A stretch of 64,000 nucleotides of DNA. It comes from Anaerolineae bacterium. Lineage in GTDB: Bacteria > Chloroflexota > Anaerolineae > B4-G1 > SLSP01. Positions 28,336-40,200 of this stretch are shown here, one piece after another. Under the pieces are notes generated by a model. That model did not search any database and had not been told where the DNA came from. It saw only the letters and a list, made by a program, of their open reading frames with translations. Made by a program: the position numbers and the translations under genes. How positions within the stretch are numbered: position 1 is the first letter of the stretch; every line of letters begins with the position of its first letter. Location: the NCBI GenBank assembly GCA_034429475.1, contig DAOUGD010000250.1, positions 21,527-85,526 on the forward strand, given 5' to 3'.

Positions 28336-29291
28336 TGCGCTGGGGAATGTGCTGTTTCCTCCTATGCGCACTGGGACTGTCCGCGTGCATCCCTGCCCTG
28401 CCCACACTGCCGCCGACGCCGGCCATACCATCCACGCCCACACCGCCTTCCCGCGACTTCGCCATTGTCGGCTACCTGCCCGACTACCGCACGCTCGATC
28501 CGGCGTGGGGGCGCTACGTCACCGACATCGTCTACTTTTCCGCCGGGCTGCGCGCCGATGGGGAACTGGACACGACTCGGCTAGACGCGCAAACCCTCGC
28601 CGCGTTGCGCGAGATGCGCTCCATCTATGGCACGCGCGTCTTTATCGCCATCGGCGGATGGGAGCGGTCGGGAGGCTTCGCCGCCGTCGCCGTTGACCCG
28701 GCGCTGCGCGCGTCCGTGGCGCGGACGCTCACCGCGTACTGCCTCGAAAACGGGCTGGACGGCGTGGACTTCGATTGGGAGTTCCCCGAAGGCGCCGCCG
28801 AGATCGCGGGCTACGTGGCGCTGCTCGCCGAAGTCCACACGGCGTTTGCGCCGCACGATCTGCGGGTCAGCGTGGCGCTGGCGGCGTGGCAAGACCTGGG
28901 GAGCGGGTTGTACGCGGCGGCGGATCGCATCCACATCATGGCCTACGATCACGATGGGCGCCATTCGACGTTTGAGCAGGCCGCCGAGGACATCCAGGTT
29001 TTCCTGAAGCGGGGCGCGCCGTCGGAGAAACTCCTGCTTGGCGTGCCGTTTTACGGACGCAACGTCCAAAACCCCGCCATCGCTCTGACCTACGCGGAGA
29101 TCGTGAGCACCCATCACCCCGCGCCGGACGTAGATGAGGCAGGCGGCGTCTACTTCAACGGCATTGCCACCATTCAAAAGAAGACCCGCTACGCGCAAGA
29201 GCAAGGGCTGTGCGGCGTGATGATCTGGGAACTGGGGCAGGATACGACGGATGACACGTCGTTGCTCCGGGCAATCTGGCAAAATCAATAA
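28332..29291 (+). CDS. glycoside hydrolase family 18 (chitinase-like) lipoprotein
   Basis: GH18 catalytic motif DGVDFDWEFP. Lipobox LSAC after the signal peptide. Confidence 0.8.
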   Translation: MMRWGMCCFLLCALGLSACIPALPTLPPTPAIPSTPTPPSRDFAIVGYLPDYRTLDPAWGRYVTDIVYFSAGLRADGELDTTRLDAQTLAALREMRSIYGTRVFIAIGGWERSGGFAAVAVDPALRASVARTLTAYCLENGLDGVDFDWEFPEGAAEIAGYVALLAEVHTAFAPHDLRVSVALAAWQDLGSGLYAAADRIHIMAYDHDGRHSTFEQAAEDIQVFLKRGAPSEKLLLGVPFYGRNVQNPAIALTYAEIVSTHHPAPDVDEAGGVYFNGIATIQKKTRYAQEQGLCGVMIWELGQDTTDDTSLLRAIWQNQ

Positions 29292-29344
29292 GGAATTCAT
29301 CATTAACCGGCGGTTCACCCGTGGTTAGATGAAAATGTCACCGC

Positions 29345-29401
29345 AGGGATTAGGGATTGGGGATTAGGGATTAGGCTGTCCCAATCCCCAATCCCCAATC
29401 T
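29345..29401. repeat. family-D hairpin element of GGGGATT/AGGGATT heptamers (STRR1-like CCCCAAT)
   Basis: gggattagggattggggattagggattagg ctgtc ccaatccccaatccccaatc. Confidence 0.85.
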
Positions 29402-29457
29402 CTATTTTCAAGGAGTGATACCGAACCTATGGTGCAGCCCCGATAATGAAAATTTTT

Positions 29458-29518
29458 ACATGGATGGACAGGATGGACAGGATTTTTGGAATCTATCCTG
29501 TGCATCCTGTATATCCAT
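29458..29518. repeat. imperfect hairpin of GGATGGACA units
   Basis: catggatggacaggatggacaggat ... atcctgtgcatcctgtatatccatg. Confidence 0.6.
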
Positions 29519-29539
29519 GTTATTGACAGAGGAGTTATT

Positions 29540-30415
29540 ATGACGGTTTTTTCCAATCCCCACATTCAATGGCGGCTGGACATCGCCCGGCAATTGGCCG
29601 AGCGGATTCGCGCCTTTTCCGGCGTGCAGGCCATTATCGTCGGCGGCTCGGTGGCGCGCGGGTACGCCGACGCTTACTCCGACCTGGAGCTGCCCATCGT
29701 CTGGGACACGCTCCCCACGGACGAGACGCGCCTGGCCGTCGTCGCCGCCTTGCAGGGCGAGTTCCTCTACGGTTACGATGGCCCGGCGCAGGAAGATCAA
29801 CTGTTGATCAACGGCTTCCAGGTTGACCTGTGGCACAACACCGTGTCCGAAGAAAACGCCGTGTTCAAGGCCGTCTTGCAGGAGTACAGCACGGGCCTGG
29901 GCGAAAGCAACTTCCTGGACACCGTCCGCGCCTGCATCCCGCTGTATGGCGAGGCTCTCATCCAGGAATGGAAGCGGCTGGCGGCGCAGTATCCCGACGA
30001 ACTGGTCTTAAAAAACATCCGGGAAACCCTCCCCACGTTTGAGGCCGGCCAGTTAACCGTGTTGGCCTATCGGGAAAACCCCACCGCCTTCTACGCGGCG
30101 ATCAGCCGGCAGCAACAGGCCATGTTCATGGTCTTGTTGGCCTTAAATCGTCTCTATTTCCCCACGTTCAAGTGGATGTATCAAGTCTTGGAGACCATGC
30201 GGATCAAGCCCGCAGCCGTGGAACAACGCTTCCGGCAGACGTTCACAGCTTCCTACGCCGAGGCCGTGCAGGACACCACCCAGCTCCTCCACGAAACCCT
30301 GGCGCTGGTGGAACAGACTTTCCCGCAGGTAGATACCGCCGCCGTCCACCGCCGGTTGGCCTACGCGCGGCGGATGTATTCAGATGGGACGCAGATAAAC
30401 GCCGATGAACGCTGA
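29540..30415 (+). CDS. nucleotidyltransferase-domain protein (ANT/KNTase-like)
   Basis: NTase motif GGSVARGYADAYSDLEL. The 3' end of the CDS is formed by the left arm of a family-C element. Confidence 0.7.
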   Translation: MTVFSNPHIQWRLDIARQLAERIRAFSGVQAIIVGGSVARGYADAYSDLELPIVWDTLPTDETRLAVVAALQGEFLYGYDGPAQEDQLLINGFQVDLWHNTVSEENAVFKAVLQEYSTGLGESNFLDTVRACIPLYGEALIQEWKRLAAQYPDELVLKNIRETLPTFEAGQLTVLAYRENPTAFYAAISRQQQAMFMVLLALNRLYFPTFKWMYQVLETMRIKPAAVEQRFRQTFTASYAEAVQDTTQLLHETLALVEQTFPQVDTAAVHRRLAYARRMYSDGTQINADER

Positions 30416-30585
30416 TTTTTAAAAAATAGAATTTACGCAAAGAGCGAGATTTTACCGCAGAGTACGCGGAGGTCGCAGAGATTTTATAGGCACTCGGCGT
30501 TCTCAGCGGCCTCTGCGGTAAAAAAAGAGATGATTATGTAAGTCCTGAAAAAATTATCTGCGTCAATCCGCGTGAATCTGCGTCC
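30386..30585. repeat. split family-C element carrying a nested CGCAGAG-type hairpin
   Basis: The left arm ggacgcagataaacgccgatgaacgctgatt (30386..30416) is identical to the left arm at 60345. The right arm ttatctgcgtcaatccgcgtgaatctgcgtcc lies at 30554..30585. Between them is the inner hairpin ttaccgcagag...ctctgcggtaa. Confidence 0.6.
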
Positions 30586-30607
30586 AAATTTCTTTGGAGG
30601 TTCTCGA

Positions 30608-31432
30608 ATGAGCTTATCATCCGAATTCGTGACACAGTCCATCATTGACCATTACAATACCTACGACGAGGCCAAACGGCTGAGCCACGACATTGGCCCG
30701 CTGGAACTGGTCCGCACGCACGAGTTGCTGGCGCAGTATTTGCCCCCGGCCCCGGCGACTGTGCTGGATGTGGGCGGCGCGACCGGCGTGTATTCGTTTT
30801 GGCTGGCCGGGCTGGGCTATGCCGTACACCTAGTGGACATCGTGCCGCGCCACATCGAGCAGGCGCGGGAGGCGGCTCAGGCGCCGGGATCGCCGCAGCT
30901 TGCCGGGATGCGCGTGGGCGACGCCCGCGCCCTCGACTTCCCCGCCGACTTTGCCGATGCGGTCATCATGCACGGGCCGCTGTATCACCTGCCCGCCCGC
31001 GTTGACCGCCTGCGCGCGCTCGCGGAGGCTCGGCGCGTCCTGCGGCCCGGCGGCGTCCTGCTGGCCTTCGCCATCACGCGCTACGCCGGGCTGATCTACG
31101 GCCTGACGCAGGGCCACGTCTTCGACCCCACCTACCACGCAATGATCCGCAACGAAGTCCAGACCGGGCGGCGCGAAAATCCGCCGCCCTGGGCCTTCAC
31201 CTTCCCGCAGGCCTACTTCCACCACCCCGACGAACTCCAGGCAGAAATCACCGAAAGCGGGCTGCGCCACGAAGCCACGCTCGGCATCCTCGGCCCGGCC
31301 TGGCTGGTGCCCGACCTGGACGCGAGCTGGCAAGACCCCGCCCAGCGCGAAGTCATCCTGGACATCGCCCGCCTGACGGAACACGAGCCTGCCCTCGGCC
31401 CGCGCCTTTTGGCAATAGGCCGGAAGCAATAG
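30608..31432 (+). CDS. class I SAM-dependent methyltransferase
   Basis: Motif I VLDVGGATG. ATG at 30608 preceded by GGAGG. Confidence 0.75.
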   Translation: MSLSSEFVTQSIIDHYNTYDEAKRLSHDIGPLELVRTHELLAQYLPPAPATVLDVGGATGVYSFWLAGLGYAVHLVDIVPRHIEQAREAAQAPGSPQLAGMRVGDARALDFPADFADAVIMHGPLYHLPARVDRLRALAEARRVLRPGGVLLAFAITRYAGLIYGLTQGHVFDPTYHAMIRNEVQTGRRENPPPWAFTFPQAYFHHPDELQAEITESGLRHEATLGILGPAWLVPDLDASWQDPAQREVILDIARLTEHEPALGPRLLAIGRKQ

Positions 31433-31437
31433 GGATA

Positions 31438-31484
31438 TTTTCGCGGGCGGTGTACCGCCCGCGAAAATATCTCATTTTAATCTG
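31438..31484 (+). terminator. terminator-like perfect palindrome
   Basis: gatattttcgcgggcgg tgta ccgcccgcgaaaatatc followed by tcatttt. Confidence 0.6.
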
Positions 31485-31515
31485 CCGCTTTAGCGGCTAT
31501 TGAAAAAGGAGACCC

Positions 31516-33003
31516 ATGAGCAAGATTGCAATTAACCCGAATGATCCGATTGGCACAATTAACCCCAACATCTACGGCCACTTTGCCGAGCACCTGGGAT
31601 GGTGCATTTACGGCGGCGTGTGGGTGGGCGAAGATTCGCCGATCCCCAACACCGGCGGCATCCGCAACGACGTGGTCGCCGCGCTCAAGAAGCTGAAACC
31701 GGCCGTCATCCGCTGGCCCGGCGGCTGCTTCGCCGACGATTACCACTGGCAGGATGGCGTCGGGCCGCGCGCGCAGCGTCCGCGGCGCGTCAACATCCAC
31801 TGGGGCGAAGTGGTGGAGAGCAACGCCTTCGGCACGCAGGAATTCATCCGCTTCTGCCGGATGGTCGGCGCGGAGCCGTACATCGTCGGCAACGTCGGCT
31901 CCGGCGCGGTGCGCGAGCTGCGCGAGTGGGTGGAGTACTGCAACTTCCCCGGCGACAGCACCCTGGCGCAGCAGCGCGCCGCCGACGGCAGCCCGGAGCC
32001 GCTCGACGTGACCTACTGGGGCGTCGGCAACGAGAACTGGGGCTGCGGCGGCAGTTTCTCACCGGAGGATTACTGCACGGAATTCCGCCGCTACGCGACC
32101 TACGTGCGCGGCTTCGGCAAGCAGCTTTACGTCATCGCCTGCGGGTCGCCCGGCAACGATTTGGAGTGGACGACACGCTTCTTCCGCAAGTTGCGCAAGG
32201 ATTACTGGGACTTCAACAATCTGCACGGCTACGCGGCGCACTACTACTGCGGCACGGCGGGCACGGCCACAGAGTACACGGTGGATCAGTGGTACGAGCT
32301 GATCGCGCGCGGGCTGTACATGGAAGACCTGGTCGTCCAACAGCGCGCTGCGATGGACGCCTACGATCCCTCCCGCAAAGTCGGCCTGATTGTGGACGAG
32401 TGGGGGACATGGCATCCGGTGGAGCCGGGTACGAATCGGGCTTTCCTGTTCCAGCAGAACTCCCTGCGCGACGCGCTGGTGGCGGCGACCTCGCTGGACA
32501 TCTTCAACCGCCATGCGGACAAAGTGGTGATGACGAATATCGCGCAGACCATCAACGTCTTGCAGGCGATGATCCTCACGCAGGGCGAAAAGATGCTGAC
32601 GACGCCCACCGGCCACGTCTACGAGATGTACGCGCCGCACCAGGGCGGCACGGCGCTGCGCACCGTCATCGAATCCGACGCGGCGACGTACACGGCGGCC
32701 GGCAAGGAGCAGCAGGTGGCGACTGTGTCCGGCAGCGCGTCGCTCAAGGGGAAGACGCTGTTCCTCACGCTGACTAACGCGCACGCCACCGATGCCGTGG
32801 ACGTGACAGTGGAACTGCTCGGCGGCGCGGCGGCGGTCGGCGGGACCGGGCGCGTCCTCACCGGCGAGATTCACGTCCACAACACCTTCGACGCGCCGGA
32901 CACCATCACGCCGCAACCGTGTACGCTCAACGCCGCCGGCGCGACCTTCACGATCACTTTGCCGCCGGCCTCCGTCGTCGCGGCGGAGATCGCGCTTCAG
33001 TAG
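31516..33003 (+). CDS. alpha-L-arabinofuranosidase, GH51
   Basis: Conserved GH51 sequence: IRWPGGCFAD, GVGNENWGCGG and DEWG. Confidence 0.9.
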   Translation: MSKIAINPNDPIGTINPNIYGHFAEHLGWCIYGGVWVGEDSPIPNTGGIRNDVVAALKKLKPAVIRWPGGCFADDYHWQDGVGPRAQRPRRVNIHWGEVVESNAFGTQEFIRFCRMVGAEPYIVGNVGSGAVRELREWVEYCNFPGDSTLAQQRAADGSPEPLDVTYWGVGNENWGCGGSFSPEDYCTEFRRYATYVRGFGKQLYVIACGSPGNDLEWTTRFFRKLRKDYWDFNNLHGYAAHYYCGTAGTATEYTVDQWYELIARGLYMEDLVVQQRAAMDAYDPSRKVGLIVDEWGTWHPVEPGTNRAFLFQQNSLRDALVAATSLDIFNRHADKVVMTNIAQTINVLQAMILTQGEKMLTTPTGHVYEMYAPHQGGTALRTVIESDAATYTAAGKEQQVATVSGSASLKGKTLFLTLTNAHATDAVDVTVELLGGAAAVGGTGRVLTGEIHVHNTFDAPDTITPQPCTLNAAGATFTITLPPASVVAAEIALQ

Positions 33004-33008
33004 ATTTG

Positions 33009-33066
33009 TACGCAGATTCACGCAGATAGTATAAAATCTGCGTGAATCTGCGTTTATCTGCGTCCC
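33009..33066. repeat. family-C hairpin repeat element
   Basis: acgcagattcacgcagata gtataaa atctgcgtgaatctgcgtttatctgcgtcc, with an extra unit at 33097..33107. Confidence 0.85.
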
Positions 33067-33132
33067 AATTGACTTATCGGCTAAACGCGGAATAGAATCT
33101 GCGTCACAAGCCCTGTTTTCAGGAGGAAAGCT

Positions 33133-33858
33133 ATGGCGACCTGGATCGCCCATCTACGAATTGCCGAAAACCTGTTGGATATGATCCCCGGGCTGGACGC
33201 GGCGCAATTTGCCGTGGGGAACATCGCGCCGGATTCAGGCCTGCCCGACGCGAAATGGGAGACCTTCACGCCGCCGACCGAAGTCACCCACTTCCAGGCG
33301 CGCGATCGGTGTCCCTACCACTCCGCCGATTTGGAATTCTACCGGAAATACCTGCTTCCCCTTCCTTGGCCGGGAAGCGACGTGAAGCAATATTCCTTTT
33401 TGTGGGGCTACTTCTGCCACCTGGTGGCGGACAACCCGTGGAGCATCCACATCGGGAAGCCCACCCGCGCCCGTTTCCAGGCGCAGTTCGAGGCCAATCG
33501 CGATTTCATCTGGGAAGTCAAGAAAGATTGGTACGGGTTGGATTTCGTCTACGTGCGCACCCACCCCCAGTCGTTGTATTGGCGCACCTTTCTCACGTGC
33601 GATTATCCCATCAATTACCTGGACGTGCTGCTGCCCGAGGGCGTCCGCCAGCGCGTCGAGTACATCCAGACCTATTATCGGCGCACCGACGCGCACGCCG
33701 AGGAGCTATGCTCCAGAGAGCGCGTCTACCTCACGGAAGAGGAAGTCGCCCGGTTCGTAGCAGTCGCCACACAGCAGCTTGCCCAGGCGTATCAGATGCT
33801 GCCGGACAGATGCAGCGGCGCCGATGGCTTTTGCTCCATACTGGACTGGTCGCAATGA
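33133..33858 (+). CDS. hypothetical protein (possibly zinc-dependent phospholipase C-like)
   Basis: 241-aa ORF. The N-terminal WIAHLRIAEN resembles PLC/DUF4184-like proteins. Weak call. Confidence 0.45.
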   Translation: MATWIAHLRIAENLLDMIPGLDAAQFAVGNIAPDSGLPDAKWETFTPPTEVTHFQARDRCPYHSADLEFYRKYLLPLPWPGSDVKQYSFLWGYFCHLVADNPWSIHIGKPTRARFQAQFEANRDFIWEVKKDWYGLDFVYVRTHPQSLYWRTFLTCDYPINYLDVLLPEGVRQRVEYIQTYYRRTDAHAEELCSRERVYLTEEEVARFVAVATQQLAQAYQMLPDRCSGADGFCSILDWSQ

Positions 33859-34252
33859 ATCCTCCCGCCCATGCCCTTTAAGGCGCGCCAACCGGCTGCG
33901 CCCTGCCAAGTGAACGATGAGTGAGCGTAAGATTCTCCATGCATAAAGGTCAGCAAAGGGGAACGTAACCGCGCAACGCGACCACGAAAAACCCTCTTAA
34001 TGGTAGCTTTTGCCGTGTCTGGCGGGCAGAAGCTAAATGATCTTCTATGTGGAACGCACCGGGTAATTCCCGGTGGGCGGTCATTGCATTCCCCCCTCCT
34101 CTGCTGTACAATAATGATGGACTTCTCACCCTTCCCAATTTTTTCCCCTTCTATCGCATTGCGCTGCAACTTGTCTACGCTGTGTCACGCGGGCGCAGAA
34201 GCCCTTACCCATTTACCTTTCCCTATGCCATGTTTTTAATCAAGGAGGAATC

Positions 34253-37200
34253 TATGAGAACTAAACGCTTTACCTTTACTCTGACCACGGGGCTGGGAAG
34301 TTTGCTGCTCCTGGTAACGCTGCTGCTCCTCTCTCCGACCCAGCCCGGTAGCGCCCACGCGGCAGACGTCACCCCTGGCGAGACGGCCCTGGGCGTGCGC
34401 GCTCCCCTCGATCCCGATCCGCCGTTTTCCCCAGCGCGGCTGCTGGGGCCGACCCAGTCGCCGCGGATTTTCGCCCGGTACTACGCGGACGGGCGTAATG
34501 ATGTGTTTGGATTCAACGCCGTTGCCAGCGGCACGGTTCTGATCACCATCACGCATCCTACCGAGGGGATCATTGCAACCGGCAGCACCATCGCCGGCAC
34601 ATGCAATGGCTGCAATCCCACCGATTACCAGCTTGATTTTCCCGATTGGACACTCACGGCTGGGGTCAGCGTGACGGTGGATGCCGGGCCGGGGATGGTC
34701 GAATCGGTCGAGGTGGTTTCCATCACCGGTGATCCCGACGCCGAGACGGACATCGTCATCGGCGACGCCCCGGCGGGAGGCCAGATGAATGCCTTCGTGC
34801 AGCGCCCCGGAAACCAGGCAGACATCAACGACGTGCAGGTGGACGTCAGCGGCGTCTACACACTGGATTTCGCCGCGGTGGGCTGGGATATTTTGCCCGG
34901 CGACGAGTTCCACGTGTACTACCACGCGCCGGGCGGCCACAACGTCGAATCGGTCTTCTGGCTCCCTGCGCCGGTGCTGAGCATCAACAAGTGGCACGTG
35001 AGCGGCTTTGCTCGACCGGGCGGCAAACTCGTGTACGGCATCGGTTACTGGAATGATGGCGGCATGGTCGCAACGGACGTCGTCATTACGGACACGCTGC
35101 CCGTCTCCACCACCTGGGCCGGCGATACGAGCGGCCTGACGCCCGACATCGGCGCGAATGGCGTCATCACCTGGCACATCGGCAGCCTCCCCGATGAGGG
35201 CATCTACGGCAACTGGGGTGTCTTCTTTGTCACGTTGGACGTCGCCGCCGACATGCCGACCGGGGAGGGGGTCATCCCCAGCAATTGCGCTACCATTTCG
35301 ACGAGCACGCCCGGCGATGCCAACCCCGACGACAACACGGCTTGCAGCGGCAGCGTGGATGTGTGGAACAGCGACGTGGGCCTTAATGTGGACAAATGGC
35401 CCAGCCCCGGCGATCCCACGCCGGGCCAGGAGTTCGATTACACCCTCCGCTGGTGCAGCGACTACGGGGCGAATTTCGGGCCGGTCTGGTTGACCGACAC
35501 GCTGCCCGTCTCGACGACGGTGGTCGGTTGGAGCACCGACGAGTGGTGGGGACAAATGCTGTGGACCGAAGTCGTCACCACCGGCGGACAGTTCGCGCTC
35601 TACGCGCCGGGTCTGCCGGGCGATTGGTGCGAACACATCACCCTGCGCCTGCGCGTTGACCCCGCTGCGCCGGAAGAGCTGCTGCTGAGCAACCACGTCA
35701 TTGTGACGACACCCGGCGACGCGCAGCCCGACAACAACGAACGCCTCAACGAAGATGCGCGCACGAGCAATCCGCGCCTGGATTTACACCTGGACAAAAG
35801 CCTGAACAGCGGGCGGCTCGTCCCCGGCGGATGGATCAATTACTTCTTGTGGTATGGCAATCAGGGGAACATGGCGGCGCCGGTCGTGATCACAGAGACC
35901 GTCCCCACCGGTCTCACCTTCGACTCTGCCTGGTGGGGCGGCGGGCAGCCGGGTGCGGACGAGCCGCTGCCCGCGCCGGTAGTGGTGGGCGATCAACTTG
36001 TGTGGGACCTGAGCGAGCTGCCGGTGAACGGGAGCCGTTGGTTCCACATCCAGATGGCTATCACGGATACCCTCCAGGCCGGCGACCTCATCACGAACTG
36101 CGCCGACCTCAGCATCAACGACGGGGAACGCACCCCGGAGGACAACCACAGGTGCTACACGGTGAAGCTCAACTCCCCCGGCCCCAACCTGCGCGTGACC
36201 AAAGAATCCTGGTGGAACGGCAACAGGCAGTTGGGCTACCGCATCAGCTTCTTCAACCTGGGGGATGAAACTGTCTCCAACGTCTGGATCACCGACACGT
36301 TGCCGACCGGCGTGGCCTGGGAAGGGTGGTATAACCTGAACTTTGATTCAAATCGCCTGGCGGAGGAGGCGCTCCCCGGCGACGTGCTGGCCTGGCGCTT
36401 CACGGAGCTGTATCCGGGCGACAACGGCAACCTGGAGTTCAATACGAACCTGGACGAACCCGGTGCGCCGGTACGCTGGTACACCAACACGGTGGAGATC
36501 ACCGTGCCGGACGGCGACGTCAACCCCGCCGACAACGCTGGTGAGACCGTGGACTTCAGCGGCGGCGAGGTGGAATGGGTGGACGTGGACGTCTACCGCA
36601 CCCGCATCTGGGGCTGCGCGCCGCAAGGCCCTGTTACTGTCACCACGGCGGCGGCAGAAGTGATCTTCGGCAATGACTGGAACGAGAATAACTTCCCCGA
36701 TACCTTCGACCCCGGCGACGTCGTCACTGTGACGGCCGGCGCGGGACGGTATCCGGTGGTCATTACCATTCCCGATCCCTTCACCGGGCAAATTGACTCC
36801 GTCGCCGACACGGTTTGGGGGCAGATTGACGCGCTGGATCACGCACAGGTCGAGGTGGACTTGTGGAACATCGGTTCGCAATGGACGGAAACCGATGCCC
36901 AGGGCCATTACAGCGTCACTTACCCCGACATCCCGCACGGTGCGCAAGGCGACGTAGGATATTGGACCGAGATTGCTTACGCCAGCGTCGGCTTCCACCA
37001 CCGGCTGGTCAACCTGGACCTGACCGTCACCGTGGATTACAGCGACAATGGCGTAGACAGCACCTATGAACGCGGGCACACCGGCTGGGTCACTGTCACC
37101 AGCAACCTTACCACAGAAATCAAGGCGACCGTCGAGGTCACCACGGAACAGTGGCCCTCGTGGAACGGCGGCAGCGGCTTCTCGACCCATCATCACCCCT

Positions 37201-40200
37201 GGGCCCCGTCGCAGCCCGACATTCAACCGGGCGATTGGGTCTACGCCGTGTTGGACAACGGCTATAGCGCCGCCGTGCAGGTAGGAACCATCAACGCTGC
37301 GGTGGATGCGGACAACGATGTGGTATCCGGCGCCCTCGATGTGCCGTGGTTCTCCGAAGGCTTGCCGGTCAGGTGCGAAATTCACGAGGAAAATGCGCCG
37401 GGCATCGAAATTCAGAACGTCGATCCCCAGGGCGGCGCGTTCTTCTGCGACTTCGGCGGCATGTGGGACATTCAGCCCGGTCAGAACGTGGCGGTGCGCT
37501 ACGCCGAACCGGACGGCAACCAGGTGATGGCCCGCCCCGCCAATCCCGCGCCGCGCCTGCGCGTGGAAAAATGGCTGGAAAGCGGCAATCCCGGCGAGAA
37601 TAGCAATGCAACTTTCTACGTGCAATACCGTAACGAGGGCGACGACGCGGCCGAGAATGTCGTCATCACCGACACGCTGCAAGGGATGACCTACATCACC
37701 GACACCTCCGGCTTCACGCACACCGGCAGCGGCGACCAGATCGTCCTGGACTTGGGGACGGTCGCGCCGGGTGAGTGGATTTACTTCTACGTCTTTGCCG
37801 AGGTCACGGCGGGGGCGGGCGAGCGCGTCACCAACACCGTCCAGATCGCCACCAGCGATCCCTACGATCAGGGCGACCCGTCAGAGAAATGGCGCGAGTG
37901 GAGCGGCGACGTGCAGCCCAACGATACGACCCTTAACATCGGCAAGCAGTCGTGGACCGGCGACCCTGCGGCCGGCTACGCCATGATCTTCCAACTCAGC
38001 TCGTGCAACAACGGCGGCACGGGCAGCCTGGCGGTAACGATCACCGATACGCTGCACCCCTCCATGACGCTCCAAACCTGGTGGAGCGACAATCCCGGAT
38101 GGCGCGAAGTCAGCCGTGGCGCGCAAGAACTGGTTCTCGCCAAACCCACGCTGCCGGGCTGGCGTTGCGAGAACGTCTATGTCCGCGCTACGGTAGATGC
38201 GGAGGCCGAGTCGGGGATGTTCATCTCCAACACAGCCACAATCTACGCGGCCAACGATCTCAGCACCGGCGACGATGAAGCCGGGTGGGGCGGCCACGTC
38301 GCCGCGCCGCGTCGCAATCTGCTGGTTGACAAGTATTGGAACTGGGGGCAACTGACCCCCGGCGGCGAATTGCGCTACAACCTCAACTACAACAACACCG
38401 GCAACGTCCCGGTGGGCGCGTTCCGCATCACCGACACGCTGCCGGTGAGCACGACCTTCGTCAGCGCGTGGCAGGATAATCACCCCTTCACGCCGACTCT
38501 CATTGATGACGGTATGGTGGTGTGGGAGTTTGCCGGGCTGGATAACGGCTACGCTAACGGGTTCGAGGTAATCCTGAGGGTGGATGCTGACGCTATCCCC
38601 GGTACGCTGCTGGTCAACACCGCCGAGATTTCCTGTCTGCCGGGCGAAGAGACTTGCGACGACAACGTCAGAAGTTGGACCGAGACACTCCTCAACCACG
38701 GCCCGAACCTGCGCGTGACCAAGTGGGGCGACTGGCACGGCGACCGGCCGGGGCACGCCCGGTATGAATTCCATGTGGAGAACGTGGGGGACGTTGCTGT
38801 CGCGCAGGCTGTCATCACGGATACCTACCCCATGGTAATGACATTGGAAGGGGGGATTGACGTAGATTGGGGCCGCGTGGCGGATTATACGGAGAATGCT
38901 GCGGAACACTGGCTCCAACTCACGCTTAACGATGTAGGCCCCGGCTACCGGCTGGATATCCGTTTCAATACCACGATGGAGGAACCGGTGGCCGAGGGAC
39001 TGATCCTCACCAACACGGTTGCTGTCGCGCCGGTCGCGGGCGATACCAACCCCGCCGACGACAGTACGGATTACGTCCTCACCACCGGCCCCGATCTCTA
39101 CGTCGAGAAGACGCTGGTCGGCGGCGCGTTGCTGCCCGGCGAACTGGTCACCTTCAGCCTGCGCTTCGGCAACGACCAGCCGGGTCACACCTGGTGGTGG
39201 AATATGGAGGGTAACACGCGGCTCACGGACATTCTGCCGGCGGGCCTGACGTACGTTTCCGCGCACCTGCGTTACTGCGGCGGCTCTGAGTGGTGCGCGC
39301 GTCCCCCTGATGTGCGACTCGATCCGATCCAGGTGTGGTGGTTTGATCCCCTCAACGCCGGCGCGTGGAATGAGCTTTACCTGACCGCCCGCATCACGGA
39401 CACAGCTACCGGGCGGGAGACTTTCACCAACACGGCTCAAATTGCCAGCAACCAACCTGCCGACGATACCGACCCCGACTCCACCAACAACTACGCGACG
39501 CTCACGCTGCCCATTGACCTGCCGTACTTTGAGGTCAGCAAGGACTACGAGAGTACAACCGTCGCCGGAACGCCCATCACCTACACCCTGACGGTGACGA
39601 ACAGCGGCAATCGCGTGGGCACAGGCGTCATCCTCAGCGACACCATTCCACAGGGCTTGGGAAACCCCGGCGGCGGGACGCTTGAGTTTGGCGCGGCTCG
39701 CTGGCTTTTCGCCATGATCGGCGTGGACGAGACAGCGACGGCGGAATTGACCGGCCTCCTGCCCTGCGCCGGCAGCGTCGTCAACGCTGACTACCGCGTC
39801 GTCACCAGCGACCAGGGCGTGGGCAGCGCCGTGGGCGCGCCGGTCGTCCTGAACGTTCTCGCCCCCACCCTCGTTGCCGACCTGGAGCAGAGCGCCGCCA
39901 GCGCCGTGGTCAGCGCGACGTTGTCTTTCACCGGCAGCGCCGCCACGAATGGCCCGGCGGTCGCGGCGTGGGCCTGGGACTTCGGCGACGACAGCGCGCC
40001 GGCCATGACGCCCAACGCCGTCCACACCTACGTCACCGACGGCGTCTTCCCTGTCACCCTCACCGTCACCGACACGTGCGGCTACACCGCGACGGCCACC
40101 AGCGCGGTCACGGTCACGCCGCCAGCGCTCGTGGCGAGCTTCATCCAGAGCGCGGCGCAGGTCAGGCCGGGTGACACGGTCACGTTCACCAGCACCAGCA

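Noticed and set aside
29345-29401. Cyanobacterial origin of the contig, inferred from the STRR1-like CCCCAAT repeats and xisHI
   Set aside because: The genome encodes RNase Y, which is absent from cyanobacteria, and many DUF11 proteins. GC and gene content fit a Chloroflexi-like organism better. The heptamer arrays are a convergent or shared repeat style, not taxonomic evidence.
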